64,000 nucleotides of DNA from Myxococcales bacterium. Lineage in GTDB: Bacteria; Desulfobacterota; Binatia; HRBIN30. Where the stretch lies: positions 128,001-192,000 of the forward strand of contig JBBILD010000002.1 in assembly GCA_037445065.1 (NCBI GenBank), given 5' to 3'. Shown here in pieces: positions 1-10,323 of the stretch. The notes under the pieces were generated by a model. The model worked only from the letters and a program-made list of their open reading frames with translations, was not told the DNA's origin and did not search any database. Numbering within the stretch: position 1 is the stretch's first letter; every line of letters begins with the position of its first letter. The translations under genes and the position numbers were made by a program.

Positions 1-1
1 C

Positions 2-457
2 ACGTATGGTGGTTACGGGCGCCATGGCGGTGGTGCCTTTTCTGGGAAGGACCCAACAAAGGTGGACCGGAGCGCGGCTTACATGGCGCGTTACATCGCC
101 AAGAATATCGTGGCTGCTGGGCTGGCGCGGAAATGTGAAGTCCAACTTGCCTACGCGATTGGCCTTGCCGACCCGATCTCCGTGCTGGTGGATACCTTCG
201 ACACCGGCGTTGTACCCGACGAGCAACTGGGCGCTCTGGTGCGCGAAGTGTTCGAAATGAAGCCCGCGGACATCATCCGCACGCTACGCCTGCAAAGGCC
301 AATTTACAAGCGAACCGCTGCGTACGGCCACTTCGGCCGCAAGCCCGAGGGAGATTACTTCACCTGGGAGCGGGAGGATCGCGTGGCAGAGCTGCGCAGT
401 GCCTTAGGTGCCTCCTCGGCAGAGGGAGCGAGCAACACTCGCGTTGCTGTGGCGTAA
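2..457 (+). CDS. metK: S-adenosylmethionine synthetase, C-terminal part (5' truncated by window edge)
   Basis: Frame from nt 2 reads [40 protein letters not shown]...TAAYGHFGR, hallmark MetK motifs. Confidence 0.97.
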   Translation, partial: TYGGYGRHGGGAFSGKDPTKVDRSAAYMARYIAKNIVAAGLARKCEVQLAYAIGLADPISVLVDTFDTGVVPDEQLGALVREVFEMKPADIIRTLRLQRPIYKRTAAYGHFGRKPEGDYFTWEREDRVAELRSALGASSAEGASNTRVAVA

Positions 458-495
458 GAGCGAGAGCTCGGTCGCTCTTCCTTTCTGATACAACG

Positions 496-530
496 CGGGA
501 GCGCCCGGCGGGGCGCTCCCGTGTTTTGTT
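496..530 (+). terminator. Intrinsic terminator-like hairpin between metK and ahcY
   Basis: 11-bp perfect stem cgggagcgccc/gggcgctcccg, loop ggcg, followed by tgttttgtt. Confidence 0.55.
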
Positions 531-532
531 GA

Positions 533-1837
<1,305 letters not shown>

Positions 1838-1998
1838 AAAACCTGTTTCCTGCACGCCGACTTCGTGCCAAAAGCGAGTTATGCGCTCGCGATCCCAGGC
1901 GCCGGCAACGGCGTACGCGCTGCCGCACAAGCGGTGCCGGCGCCTCCGCTTAACGTGGCCGTGGTGGGGCTTTCGCGGGCGCGGGAAAGGCGACATCC

Positions 1999-3402
1999 AT
2001 GCCGCTCCGTTTTGACGAGTTGAGCGCAGCCGGGCGCCTGGAGACCTGCTACGACCGGGGATCGTTTCAACCGCGCTGGCAGCGGGACGACAGCCCACTG
2101 GTGATCGGGAGCGGTTTCATCGCTGGTGTGCGGGTCTTGGGGATCGCTACCGATGGCCGAGTTCGCGGTGGCACGTTCGGAGTGACCGAAGCAGGAGCGG
2201 TAGCGCAGACCCTGTCCGAACTTTGCCGCGATGGTCGCCGCGAGGCTGAGGCGGTCTTGCTCTGTCTCGACACGGGTGGGGTACGGGTCGAGGAGGGCCC
2301 GCGAGCTTTGGCCGCGACCTCTGCCGCGGGTGTGTTGCTGGCGGAGTGCTCCTTGGTGGGGCCGCCGATCGTACAGGTGATCTCCGGGCCGCGGGGTTGC
2401 TTCGGAGCACCAGCAGTGATGGCCGGCCTCCCCGACCTCCGCGTCATGGTGGGTGATTGTCATTGGGGCCTCACGGGTCCGCAGCTCTTCTCGGAGGTGT
2501 GCCCGGGAGTCTCGGCGGGCGAGGCGTTACGCGCAACTTCTGCGCAGCATCGTTGGACCACTGGCGACGTCCGGTGGGTGAGGGAAGCCACCGTGACTGT
2601 GGTGCGCGAGGCGGTGTGCAGCGGGTTTGAGCAAGTACGCGGTTTGCGGCGCAGCTCGTTGCAGGATCGGCTGACCGAATCCGCCAGGCTCGTCCAAGAG
2701 CGCCTGGAGCAGCTTCCTGCAGGAACCGGGCGTTGGCGGGCTTCTGCGCGCAAGCGCCGGCGAAGGCTGCTCGAGTATTCCTTGCGCCGGCAGTGGAAGC
2801 CATTTGGAGAGGTCGCCATGGCGGGGCTCGCCCAAGCTGCGTGGGGGCGCCTGGCGGAGCGCCCCGCATTGGGGGTTGTCCTCGGGCCGGCTGATGGCGA
2901 GAGCCACGGCGTGGGAATTCCTGAAGTGGCTTTGGTGGTTGCACAGTTAGCCCGGGTCCGAGACTTCTCTCCCGAGGAACGGGCGCTGATTCTGAATTGC
3001 ATTTTTTGCCAGGGGCACGCTGTAGATGTGGGGCAGGAAGGGAGTGGGCTACCCCGGGTGCTTGCCGAGTGCTTGCGTGCGTACGTTGCCGTCCGCTTGC
3101 TTGGACATCGAATCGTGTCGGTACTGGGAGGTGGAACCTACGGTGCGGCGTTTTTGGCATTCGCGGCGCCGAGCCAGCGCATCCTGGCAATCCGCGGAAC
3201 AAAAGTTGCGCCGATGGCGCCCGAGCTCTTGCGGGCGTTTCAGCGTCTGAAAGGAAAGAAGGAGGATCGGGAAGGCAGTAATCTGGCTGAGCTGATTCCC
3301 GAGGTGCGGGTGGTCGAAAGCGTGCTGCGCCTGCCGCGGGTGCTCCAGGAGGAAGTGCAACGGTTGGAGGCCAGTGCACGAGTCGGGGTGGGAGCTGCAT
3401 GA
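1999..3402 (+). CDS. Fused biotin-independent malonate decarboxylase beta+gamma-like (MdcD-MdcE) carboxyltransferase-fold protein
   Basis: N-half GGTFG...LDTGGVRVEEG...GPRGCFG...GLTGP resembles MdcD; C-half CQGHA..QE..GLPRVLAECLRAYVAVRLLGHRIVSVLGGGTYGAAFLA resembles MdcE. Confidence 0.7.
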   Translation: MPLRFDELSAAGRLETCYDRGSFQPRWQRDDSPLVIGSGFIAGVRVLGIATDGRVRGGTFGVTEAGAVAQTLSELCRDGRREAEAVLLCLDTGGVRVEEGPRALAATSAAGVLLAECSLVGPPIVQVISGPRGCFGAPAVMAGLPDLRVMVGDCHWGLTGPQLFSEVCPGVSAGEALRATSAQHRWTTGDVRWVREATVTVVREAVCSGFEQVRGLRRSSLQDRLTESARLVQERLEQLPAGTGRWRASARKRRRRLLEYSLRRQWKPFGEVAMAGLAQAAWGRLAERPALGVVLGPADGESHGVGIPEVALVVAQLARVRDFSPEERALILNCIFCQGHAVDVGQEGSGLPRVLAECLRAYVAVRLLGHRIVSVLGGGTYGAAFLAFAAPSQRILAIRGTKVAPMAPELLRAFQRLKGKKEDREGSNLAELIPEVRVVESVLRLPRVLQEEVQRLEASARVGVGAA

Positions 3403-3475
3403 GAAGAGGCGCACAGCAGAGTGCGGTGCGTGCAGGGCAACAAGAAATCCGCACACAATCCACGCGGGAGACCCA

Positions 3476-5329
3476 ATGAGACGAAGAGCACAGGCGGTAG
3501 CATTTTTATGCGCGCTGCTGTCTTGGATTTCGGGTTCGGCCGCGGCGGCCCGAGACGTGGCGGGAGGCGGACCCATCGTCAACGGGGTGCTGACGGGCGA
3601 GGCCCCAGCGGTGGGAATGCTGTTGTTCAGCAACAGTGGCAACGCCGAGTCGGCCGCTATGATTTGTACGGGAACGTTGATTGGTTGTCACACCTTTTTG
3701 ACCGCGGCCCACTGTGTGTGCGACACACTGGGGATTGCCTGCCAAGGCAGCAATGCGCCCAACCCCGGGCGATATTTTGTGTTCCTTCAACACGCGGGCG
3801 TGTTCGCGGTGCAGAGTATTCGTGTGCCGGTGGAGTTCGACTTTCCGGTCGCCGACGTGGCGGTGCTCCGACTCGCGACGGACGTCACCGGCATTGTCCC
3901 GGCCCGGATCAACGATGTGGCTTCCCCGACACCGGGCAGTGCAGGTCGGATTGTTGGGTTCGGGCGGACTGGCGGGCGCGATCAATCGGTCGGCATCAAG
4001 CGAGCGGGAAACGTGGTCACTGCGCCCTGCGCCGCGGGAATCTCGGACACCACTTCAGTTTGTTGGAAGTTTTTGAGTCCACTCGGAGTGCCTGGTAGCA
4101 ATTCCAACACTTGTAATGGAGATTCCGGTGGACCGTTGTTTGTTGATTTCGGGACTGGCCCACGCCTCGCTGGGGTCACGTCCGGCGGCCACCAGGAAAA
4201 CTGTGGTCTGGGGGACCTGAGTTACGATGCCAACGTGTTTCAGTACCGTTCTTGGATTGAAGGGGAGGCTGGAGCTGACCTGGGTGCCAGCACGTGTGGA
4301 TCCTTGGCGCACGTCGGCGAGGAGGGGGCCTCCGTCGCCATGTACGAGGGTGTCTTGGCGGCCGGGGAAGTGTTGCCGTATCAGTTCGAGGTACCCACAG
4401 GAACTCAAGAGTTGCGCCTCACGGTGAATGCCACGAGCGACTTCGATTTGTTCGCGGGACCCGGCGTTGGTTTGACCGAGACCACAGCCGATTGCGTTGA
4501 CGATGGAGTACGTTCGACCGCGTTCTGCCGATTCGTGAACCCCGTCCCTGGTCCGTGGTCCGCTCTGGTCAAGGCATACCAGAGTTCCGGGGTCTACCAG
4601 TTTACGGTGTCGCAACTGACTTGGCGCTGCGCCGATCCGGCAAACGAGGGGAAGCCGTGCAACGATGGCAACGACTGCACGGTCGGAGATACTTGCCAAA
4701 GCGGGGATTGCCTGGGGGCGCCGGTGGACGACGGGACGAGTTGTTCGGATGGCAACCCGTGCACCAACCCTGACCAGTGCATTGCGGGGATGTGCATCGG
4801 CGATGAAGAGCCTCGCTCGGGCTGCAAGCAGCCGAGCCAAGCGGCAGCGAGTTCGTTGGTCGTGCGCGACCCGCTCACGGGCAAGCCGACACTTAGCTGG
4901 CGCTGGGATAAGGGCTCGTCCACTTCGGTCGCGGAATTGGGAAACCCGCGTGCAAACGATGGAGTGACGGTGTGCCTGTACGATTCGTCTGCGGGCTCTT
5001 CGCTCCTTGTGTGGGAACAGGCTGTCTCGCCGGGAGGGCTGTGCACGACCAAAAAGCCCTGTTGGGTGAAGACCAAACGAGGCTACCGCTTCCGGAGTTC
5101 CGATGGCAAGCAAGGTGGGGTGGTGTCGGTGCGGCTAAACAGCGGGGATCCCGGCAAAGCCAACGTGAGCCTGCGGGCTTCCGGCTTCAACTTTGCGGTG
5201 CCGGCGTTGCCGTTCGATCAAGATCCACAGGTGGTGCTCCAACTCACGAGCGGGCAAACTTGCTGGGAGGCGCGCTTTACGAACAACACCCGCAATTCCG
5301 AGCAGGAATTTCGGGCGCGTTCGGATTGA
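3476..5329 (+). CDS. Secreted trypsin-like (S1) serine protease with PPC-like domain, Cys-rich repeats and uncharacterised C-terminal domain
   Basis: Signal peptide; IVNG mature N-terminus; triad motifs LTAAHC, DVAVLRL, GDSGGP; DFDLF..GPWSALV PPC-like region; two CxDGNxCT repeats. Confidence 0.88.
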   Translation: MRRRAQAVAFLCALLSWISGSAAAARDVAGGGPIVNGVLTGEAPAVGMLLFSNSGNAESAAMICTGTLIGCHTFLTAAHCVCDTLGIACQGSNAPNPGRYFVFLQHAGVFAVQSIRVPVEFDFPVADVAVLRLATDVTGIVPARINDVASPTPGSAGRIVGFGRTGGRDQSVGIKRAGNVVTAPCAAGISDTTSVCWKFLSPLGVPGSNSNTCNGDSGGPLFVDFGTGPRLAGVTSGGHQENCGLGDLSYDANVFQYRSWIEGEAGADLGASTCGSLAHVGEEGASVAMYEGVLAAGEVLPYQFEVPTGTQELRLTVNATSDFDLFAGPGVGLTETTADCVDDGVRSTAFCRFVNPVPGPWSALVKAYQSSGVYQFTVSQLTWRCADPANEGKPCNDGNDCTVGDTCQSGDCLGAPVDDGTSCSDGNPCTNPDQCIAGMCIGDEEPRSGCKQPSQAAASSLVVRDPLTGKPTLSWRWDKGSSTSVAELGNPRANDGVTVCLYDSSAGSSLLVWEQAVSPGGLCTTKKPCWVKTKRGYRFRSSDGKQGGVVSVRLNSGDPGKANVSLRASGFNFAVPALPFDQDPQVVLQLTSGQTCWEARFTNNTRNSEQEFRARSD

Positions 5330-5387
5330 TTTGGAACCACACCTCGTGCTTTCTCTGGAGTCCCACTGCACTTGGCCGCCGAAGGGG

Positions 5388-7364
5388 CTACTCGGCCGCC
5401 GCTCCGGCGGAGGGTCGGGCCCTTGGCGGGTTTCTTCTGCGCGGCGTGGCCGCAAACTCTTTCTGCTCACCTGCGCGGGTGAAGTCGTAACCGGCCAAGG
5501 ATGCAACGCTAGCGCGGAAGCTCGCGGACGTTAACGCAGCGAGTAAAGCCTTTCCCGCGTCACTTTCGGCGAAATCTCGGCGTAGCACAAGATCGTACTC
5601 CTCGTGTTCGATCGGCACGAAATCGAGGCCCATCGCCTGGGCAGCGGCGGCGATCCCGAGGCCACAATCGGCAATCCCTCCAGCGACGGCGGCAGCAACC
5701 GCCATGTGGGTGAATTCTTCGCGTTCGTAGCCGCGAATACGCGTCGCTGAAATTCCCTGGCGGGCGAGCAGGTAATCCAACAACACGCGGGTGCCAGCCC
5801 CTGGTTGCCGGTTGACGAATCGCACGTCCTTGCGCGGCAGATCCGCGATGCCGTGGATGCCCTTCGGATTCCCGGGCAACACCAGTAGACCTTGTTGGCG
5901 AACCGCCAGGTGCACGACCACGACGTCGCGAGCCCGGAAGTGCTTGCGGACCTCGGGCAAATTGTACGTGCCGGATTCCGGGTCCAGCAAGTGACATCCC
6001 GCGACGTGCCCTTCGCCACGGGCAAGACCCAGGATTCCTCCCAGGCTGCCCACGTTACTGCACGCAAGGCGGAACGCAGGATTGCTTTGCCGCAGGGCAT
6101 CTTCGAGGTAACCCAAGGTTACGTCGTGACTACCGACAATCAAAATCGTGCGTTGAACTTCATGCCACGGGCGGAGCAACTCGACCGGCACGTTCTGTCC
6201 AGGATCAACTCCTTCGGAGAAGGTTGGAATGCGCACGAAACCGTCTGCACGGACGAGGGAAGAGATCGCACCGGCACCGCGGGGAAGCGGAGCTGCAACA
6301 ATCTGCTTTCCCACCACACCAACATTCACGCGCACGAACTCTTCGAGCCCGAGCTTCGAGGGCATCTTGCGAAGCGCGCGAGCGTGAATGGTCGCAGGCT
6401 CGTCCTCCACGCAGCCGAGGGCGCGGGCCAGCAGGGGACGGAGGAGTTGTTGCGCTACGATGACCGCCGACACGGGATAGCCGGGTAGACCTAACACGGG
6501 CTTACCCTGTACGACTGCACAGAGGGCGGGCTTGCCTGGCATGATCTCGATCCCATGCACGAGGATTTCCCCCGCGGTGCTGAGCAATTGCAGGCTGAAA
6601 TCGTGTTCGCCGGCAGAGGAGCCGGCAATCCATACCAAGATGTCGTTTTCAGCCACAGCCTGTTGGAGAACCTCCTGCATCTCGTTCAGTTCATCTGGTA
6701 CGATTGGATAACGCCTCGGGCTTCCGCCCCATTCGGCCACGAATGCGGCAGCGACCCGTGAGTTGAACTCGACGATGTTCCCAGGCTTGAGTTCGGCACC
6801 CGGCTCGACCAGCTCGCTGCCGGTGGGAACAATGCCGACCAGCGGGCGGCGGGCGACGGTGATCTCGGCGTATCCGGCTGCGAGAAGGGCGCCGATGTCA
6901 TACGGGCGGATTCGATGCCCGCGCGGCAGCAGAGGCTCGGTGGCAACGATGTCCTCCCCGACCAACCGGACATGTTGCCAAGGAGCGGCCGCCTGTCGGA
7001 CCTGCACCTCGTGTGGGTTCAGTTCTTCCGCGTGTTCGATCATGATCACGGCGTTGGCCCAGTGGGGAAGGGGTTGGCCAGTGTCTACGTAAACAAAGCC
7101 GTTCTCCTGCGCGTCGAGCCGCAGGGCCCGTGGCTGCGCCTCGCTAGCACCGAAGGTGTCTTCCGCGCGCACCGCAATGCCGTCCATCGCCGCAGCGTGG
7201 TAGTGAGGCACGGAGTTGCGGGCGAAGACTGGCTCGTAGAGGATTCGGCCGAGGCTTTCCTCTACGGCTACCCTCTCCCCGCTAGGATGCACCCGGGCAG
7301 CTTCCAGAAAGAGCCGCCGAGCTTCGGGCAGCGTCTTTTTGTGCAAAAAACGAGTTCGCGCCAT
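5388..7364 (-). CDS. moeA: Molybdopterin molybdotransferase MoeA fused to C-terminal PBP (LysR substrate-binding-like) domain
   Basis: AAMDGIAV, TGSEL, MPGKP, GLPGYPVS; C-terminal VGSHD, GSLGG, FVNRQPGAGTR, GYEREEFTH. Confidence 0.92.
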   Translation of the reverse strand: MARTRFLHKKTLPEARRLFLEAARVHPSGERVAVEESLGRILYEPVFARNSVPHYHAAAMDGIAVRAEDTFGASEAQPRALRLDAQENGFVYVDTGQPLPHWANAVIMIEHAEELNPHEVQVRQAAAPWQHVRLVGEDIVATEPLLPRGHRIRPYDIGALLAAGYAEITVARRPLVGIVPTGSELVEPGAELKPGNIVEFNSRVAAAFVAEWGGSPRRYPIVPDELNEMQEVLQQAVAENDILVWIAGSSAGEHDFSLQLLSTAGEILVHGIEIMPGKPALCAVVQGKPVLGLPGYPVSAVIVAQQLLRPLLARALGCVEDEPATIHARALRKMPSKLGLEEFVRVNVGVVGKQIVAAPLPRGAGAISSLVRADGFVRIPTFSEGVDPGQNVPVELLRPWHEVQRTILIVGSHDVTLGYLEDALRQSNPAFRLACSNVGSLGGILGLARGEGHVAGCHLLDPESGTYNLPEVRKHFRARDVVVVHLAVRQQGLLVLPGNPKGIHGIADLPRKDVRFVNRQPGAGTRVLLDYLLARQGISATRIRGYEREEFTHMAVAAAVAGGIADCGLGIAAAAQAMGLDFVPIEHEEYDLVLRRDFAESDAGKALLAALTSASFRASVASLAGYDFTRAGEQKEFAATPRRRNPPRARPSAGAAAE

Positions 7365-7425
7365 GGTGGGCAAAGGTAACAAAAGCCGCTGGGCCGTCTA
7401 CCGTCCCACCAATACGCCAGAAAGT

Positions 7426-9333
7426 TCAGCACCCGTCGAGAGCAACTCGCACCGCTGCAATCACCTCGTCCACAGTCACCGAGCCGTCACTGTTGCGGTC
7501 CCCGGCGGGACAGGCTGTGACTGGTTCTTCACCAAGTGCGATCCGAACCAAGCGGATGAGTTCTTCGATGGTCACCTGAGCAGACTGGTCGCAGTCCCCA
7601 ACACACGACAGGGTTCTTGTCGGGAGCGGAGTGGTGAGAGTGGCGGTTGGGCTGCTGGAAGTTGCGGTCGGAGGGGGCATGGTCCGGAGCGGAGTTGGAG
7701 TGGCTGAGAACGGGGTGACGGGCGGGAAGCTGGCCGTGCGAGTGGGAGAGGCGCTGGGTGAGCGGGTAGCCGAAAACGTCGGTGTGGGTGTTGGCGTACA
7801 GGGGGCAAACGAGGCAGCAGAAACTGGTACGTGAAAGAAGCGCGTGTGGCTACGGCCACGAGCGTCTTGAACCTGAACGAAGACGTAGGGACTCGGAGCG
7901 GGTGTGGGTGGAGGGGGAAGAGTCCTGGCCGGGCAGAAGCAATCCGGGACGGCGCCGGTAAGCGTGCCGTCATTGAGGAGGACGAAACCGCAATAATCCG
8001 ACCGCGTCAGACTCCAAGAATACGGCGGCTCTCCGCCGCCCACCATGAAGGAATATTGGTAGGGTTGCCCAGGAATTGCCGGAGGCAAAGTTTGTTGGCC
8101 GAGAATGGATGGCGGTACTTCGGCAGGATAGAGAAAGCGGAGACCGTCGAGGTCGTCGTCCATCAGGCGGGCGCAGCGGTCGTCGAAGTGGGCTCGCACG
8201 TACATGGTCGCAAGGCGCAAGCGGTCATTCGGCTCCGGTTCGCGCTCGGAGGAGTGAGCCAGTCCGATTGCATGACCCAGTTCGTGGGTGGCAATCTCGG
8301 CTAGGTTGCACTCGGACCACTCCGGACACGAGCCCCAACCATCGGCAAAAGTCAAGGTCGCGCAGCGGATGCGCGCGAACGTCTGGCCGAAGAAACTTTT
8401 GGTCTCCGCTTGATTGGCTCGGTACGAGGTAAGTGCCAGCACGCCGCGGCACGCAAGGGGCGGATCAATCATTCCTGCCGGATCGTCGAAAAAGATTTTG
8501 AACGGCTGGCCGCCCGGGTCCGGGCATGCCGTCCCGAAGTCTCTTGCCGCACCCCCGAAGGATAGCTGGAGACTTGCTCCTGGTTGTTCGCTCCAAGCGT
8601 TCAAGCCGGCTTGAACCGCTCGCCATGCTGCCTCCACCCCCAATGCAGCGTCGCCGCGTGGGTCGGCGAAAAACAACACCGGTTCCCCGACGTCCGGCTC
8701 GAATAAACGCCCCAGCGGCCGCGCAAGCTGAAAACGAGCCGAAGCCGATTCTTTAGGGATCAACGGCTCGGTGAGATTGACAAAGTCGGGACGCGCGTCC
8801 CGCAGGATTTGCGCGAAGGCATCCCAAGACCACTCGCTGGCTGTAGAGGGGATCATCGGGGGCACCTGCACCCGGACTTCTCCCTCGAATGGTTTCCAGA
8901 CGCGCTGAGTAGCTGTCGCGCGCGCGAGTCGGAAGATGCCGGCGCCAAGCTGCACGGGGCGCCACAGACTAGGAGCAACTTGCCGCAAGACCAGGGCGTA
9001 TGTGTTTCCAGGGATTAGGGCCGCGCCTCCTGCAACGATCTCGATTTCGTCCTGCAATGCACCGCCCAGCGTGAGCACTTCCACTTCCCGAGGAGGAACT
9101 CGGCCAACCAGCGTCTGAAGCACGGACAGGCGGGCTCGGGTCAGGAAATGGCCGTGGTGCCCGATCTCGAGGGACACGGAGAGCACGGTGCCGACGATCA
9201 CGGCGTCGCCGCTGCGCACAACGTCGTGCACTGGAATCGGTACGAAGATGGTAGCCCGCGCCATGGTAGGGAGGGCGAGAAGAGCGAACGCGCAGTACCA
9301 GCGTGCTCGCCTGGCGCGCGCGATTGTTTCCAT
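7426..9333 (-). CDS. Secreted matrixin-like (metzincin) metalloprotease with Ig-like domain, Pro/Thr linker and C-terminal dockerin/EF-hand-like module
   Basis: Signal peptide; HELGHAIGLAH Zn motif and ATMY Met-turn; GGEPPYSWS Ig-like segment; PTPTPT linker; CVGDCD...ELI..V.IALG...C..GDRNSDGSVTVDEVIAAV..AL.GC. Confidence 0.85.
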   Translation of the reverse strand: METIARARRARWYCAFALLALPTMARATIFVPIPVHDVVRSGDAVIVGTVLSVSLEIGHHGHFLTRARLSVLQTLVGRVPPREVEVLTLGGALQDEIEIVAGGAALIPGNTYALVLRQVAPSLWRPVQLGAGIFRLARATATQRVWKPFEGEVRVQVPPMIPSTASEWSWDAFAQILRDARPDFVNLTEPLIPKESASARFQLARPLGRLFEPDVGEPVLFFADPRGDAALGVEAAWRAVQAGLNAWSEQPGASLQLSFGGAARDFGTACPDPGGQPFKIFFDDPAGMIDPPLACRGVLALTSYRANQAETKSFFGQTFARIRCATLTFADGWGSCPEWSECNLAEIATHELGHAIGLAHSSEREPEPNDRLRLATMYVRAHFDDRCARLMDDDLDGLRFLYPAEVPPSILGQQTLPPAIPGQPYQYSFMVGGGEPPYSWSLTRSDYCGFVLLNDGTLTGAVPDCFCPARTLPPPPTPAPSPYVFVQVQDARGRSHTRFFHVPVSAASFAPCTPTPTPTFSATRSPSASPTRTASFPPVTPFSATPTPLRTMPPPTATSSSPTATLTTPLPTRTLSCVGDCDQSAQVTIEELIRLVRIALGEEPVTACPAGDRNSDGSVTVDEVIAAVRVALDGC

Positions 9334-9423
9334 GACAAACCTTCAGAACACGAAACACAATGCAAAGGAAAGCACCAAATCTCGATGCTATGGGTGCACC
9401 CACCCACACGAGGAGAGATCATC

Positions 9424-10323
9424 GTGCGAACTCCGATCGAGCACCGCTTCGTCCTTGCAAACCAGCTACGCTTTCACCTAGCGGAGTGCGGCGCAGGAGA
9501 GCGCTTCGCGTTGTGTCTGCATGGGTTTCCCGAGTGTTGGTATTCGTGGCGGTACCAGTTGCCGATCTTGGCGGAGGCGGGATACCGGGCTTGGGCACCG
9601 GACCTGCGTGGCTACGGAGAGACCGAACGGCCGCTGCGGATGCAAGATTACGCGATCGAGTACCTGTTGGAAGACGTGCGCGGTTTGATCGCGGCCTCGG
9701 GTAGCCAGCGAGCGCTGTTGATCGGACACGACTGGGGCGCCGTGATCGCTTGGTATTTCGCCATGCGACACCCCGAGCTTTTGCGTGGACTTGTGATCAT
9801 GAACGTACCGCACCCGGCGCTCATGGAGCGGGCTATCTGGGGCCGGCAACTGCTGCGGTCGTGGTATGCCCTGTTTTTTCAGCTTCCCTGGTTACCCGAA
9901 ATGCTGCTGGCGGCCGGGGACTATCGGGCGATTCGCCAGGCCTTCGTTGGGATGGCGGTGGACAAGAGCCGCTTCCCGCAGGAGGTATTGCAAGTTTATC
10001 GAGATCAGGCGGCCCGACCCGGAGCGCTCACTGCCATGCTGAACTATTATCGCGCTCTGCTACGCGGTGGCGGCGCTCAGCGGCAGCGCCGTTTGGGGTA
10101 CCCGCGCATTGACACCCCCACGTTAATGATCTGGGGCGAGCGAGACGCAGCTTTGGGAAAAGAAACCACGTACGGTACGGAGCGCTTTGTGACTGATTTG
10201 ACGCTCCACTACTTGCCCAACGTGTCGCATTGGGTACAGCAGGAGGCGCCGGAAGAAGTGAACCGCTTGCTCTGGCAATGGTTGCAACGGCTCGATGCGC
10301 AGGCTCGGGGCTCAGCGCAATAA
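9424..10323 (+). CDS. Alpha/beta hydrolase, epoxide hydrolase-like
   Basis: HGFPE oxyanion motif, DLRGYG, GHDWG nucleophile elbow, SHWVQQE; AGGAGA before GTG 9424. Confidence 0.9.
   Translation: MRTPIEHRFVLANQLRFHLAECGAGERFALCLHGFPECWYSWRYQLPILAEAGYRAWAPDLRGYGETERPLRMQDYAIEYLLEDVRGLIAASGSQRALLIGHDWGAVIAWYFAMRHPELLRGLVIMNVPHPALMERAIWGRQLLRSWYALFFQLPWLPEMLLAAGDYRAIRQAFVGMAVDKSRFPQEVLQVYRDQAARPGALTAMLNYYRALLRGGGAQRQRRLGYPRIDTPTLMIWGERDAALGKETTYGTERFVTDLTLHYLPNVSHWVQQEAPEEVNRLLWQWLQRLDAQARGSAQ

Noticed and set aside
9360..9377. Sigma-54 promoter for the metalloprotease (minus strand TTGGTGCTTTCCTTTGCA)
   Set aside because: GG-to-GC spacing is 11 nt rather than the required 10.
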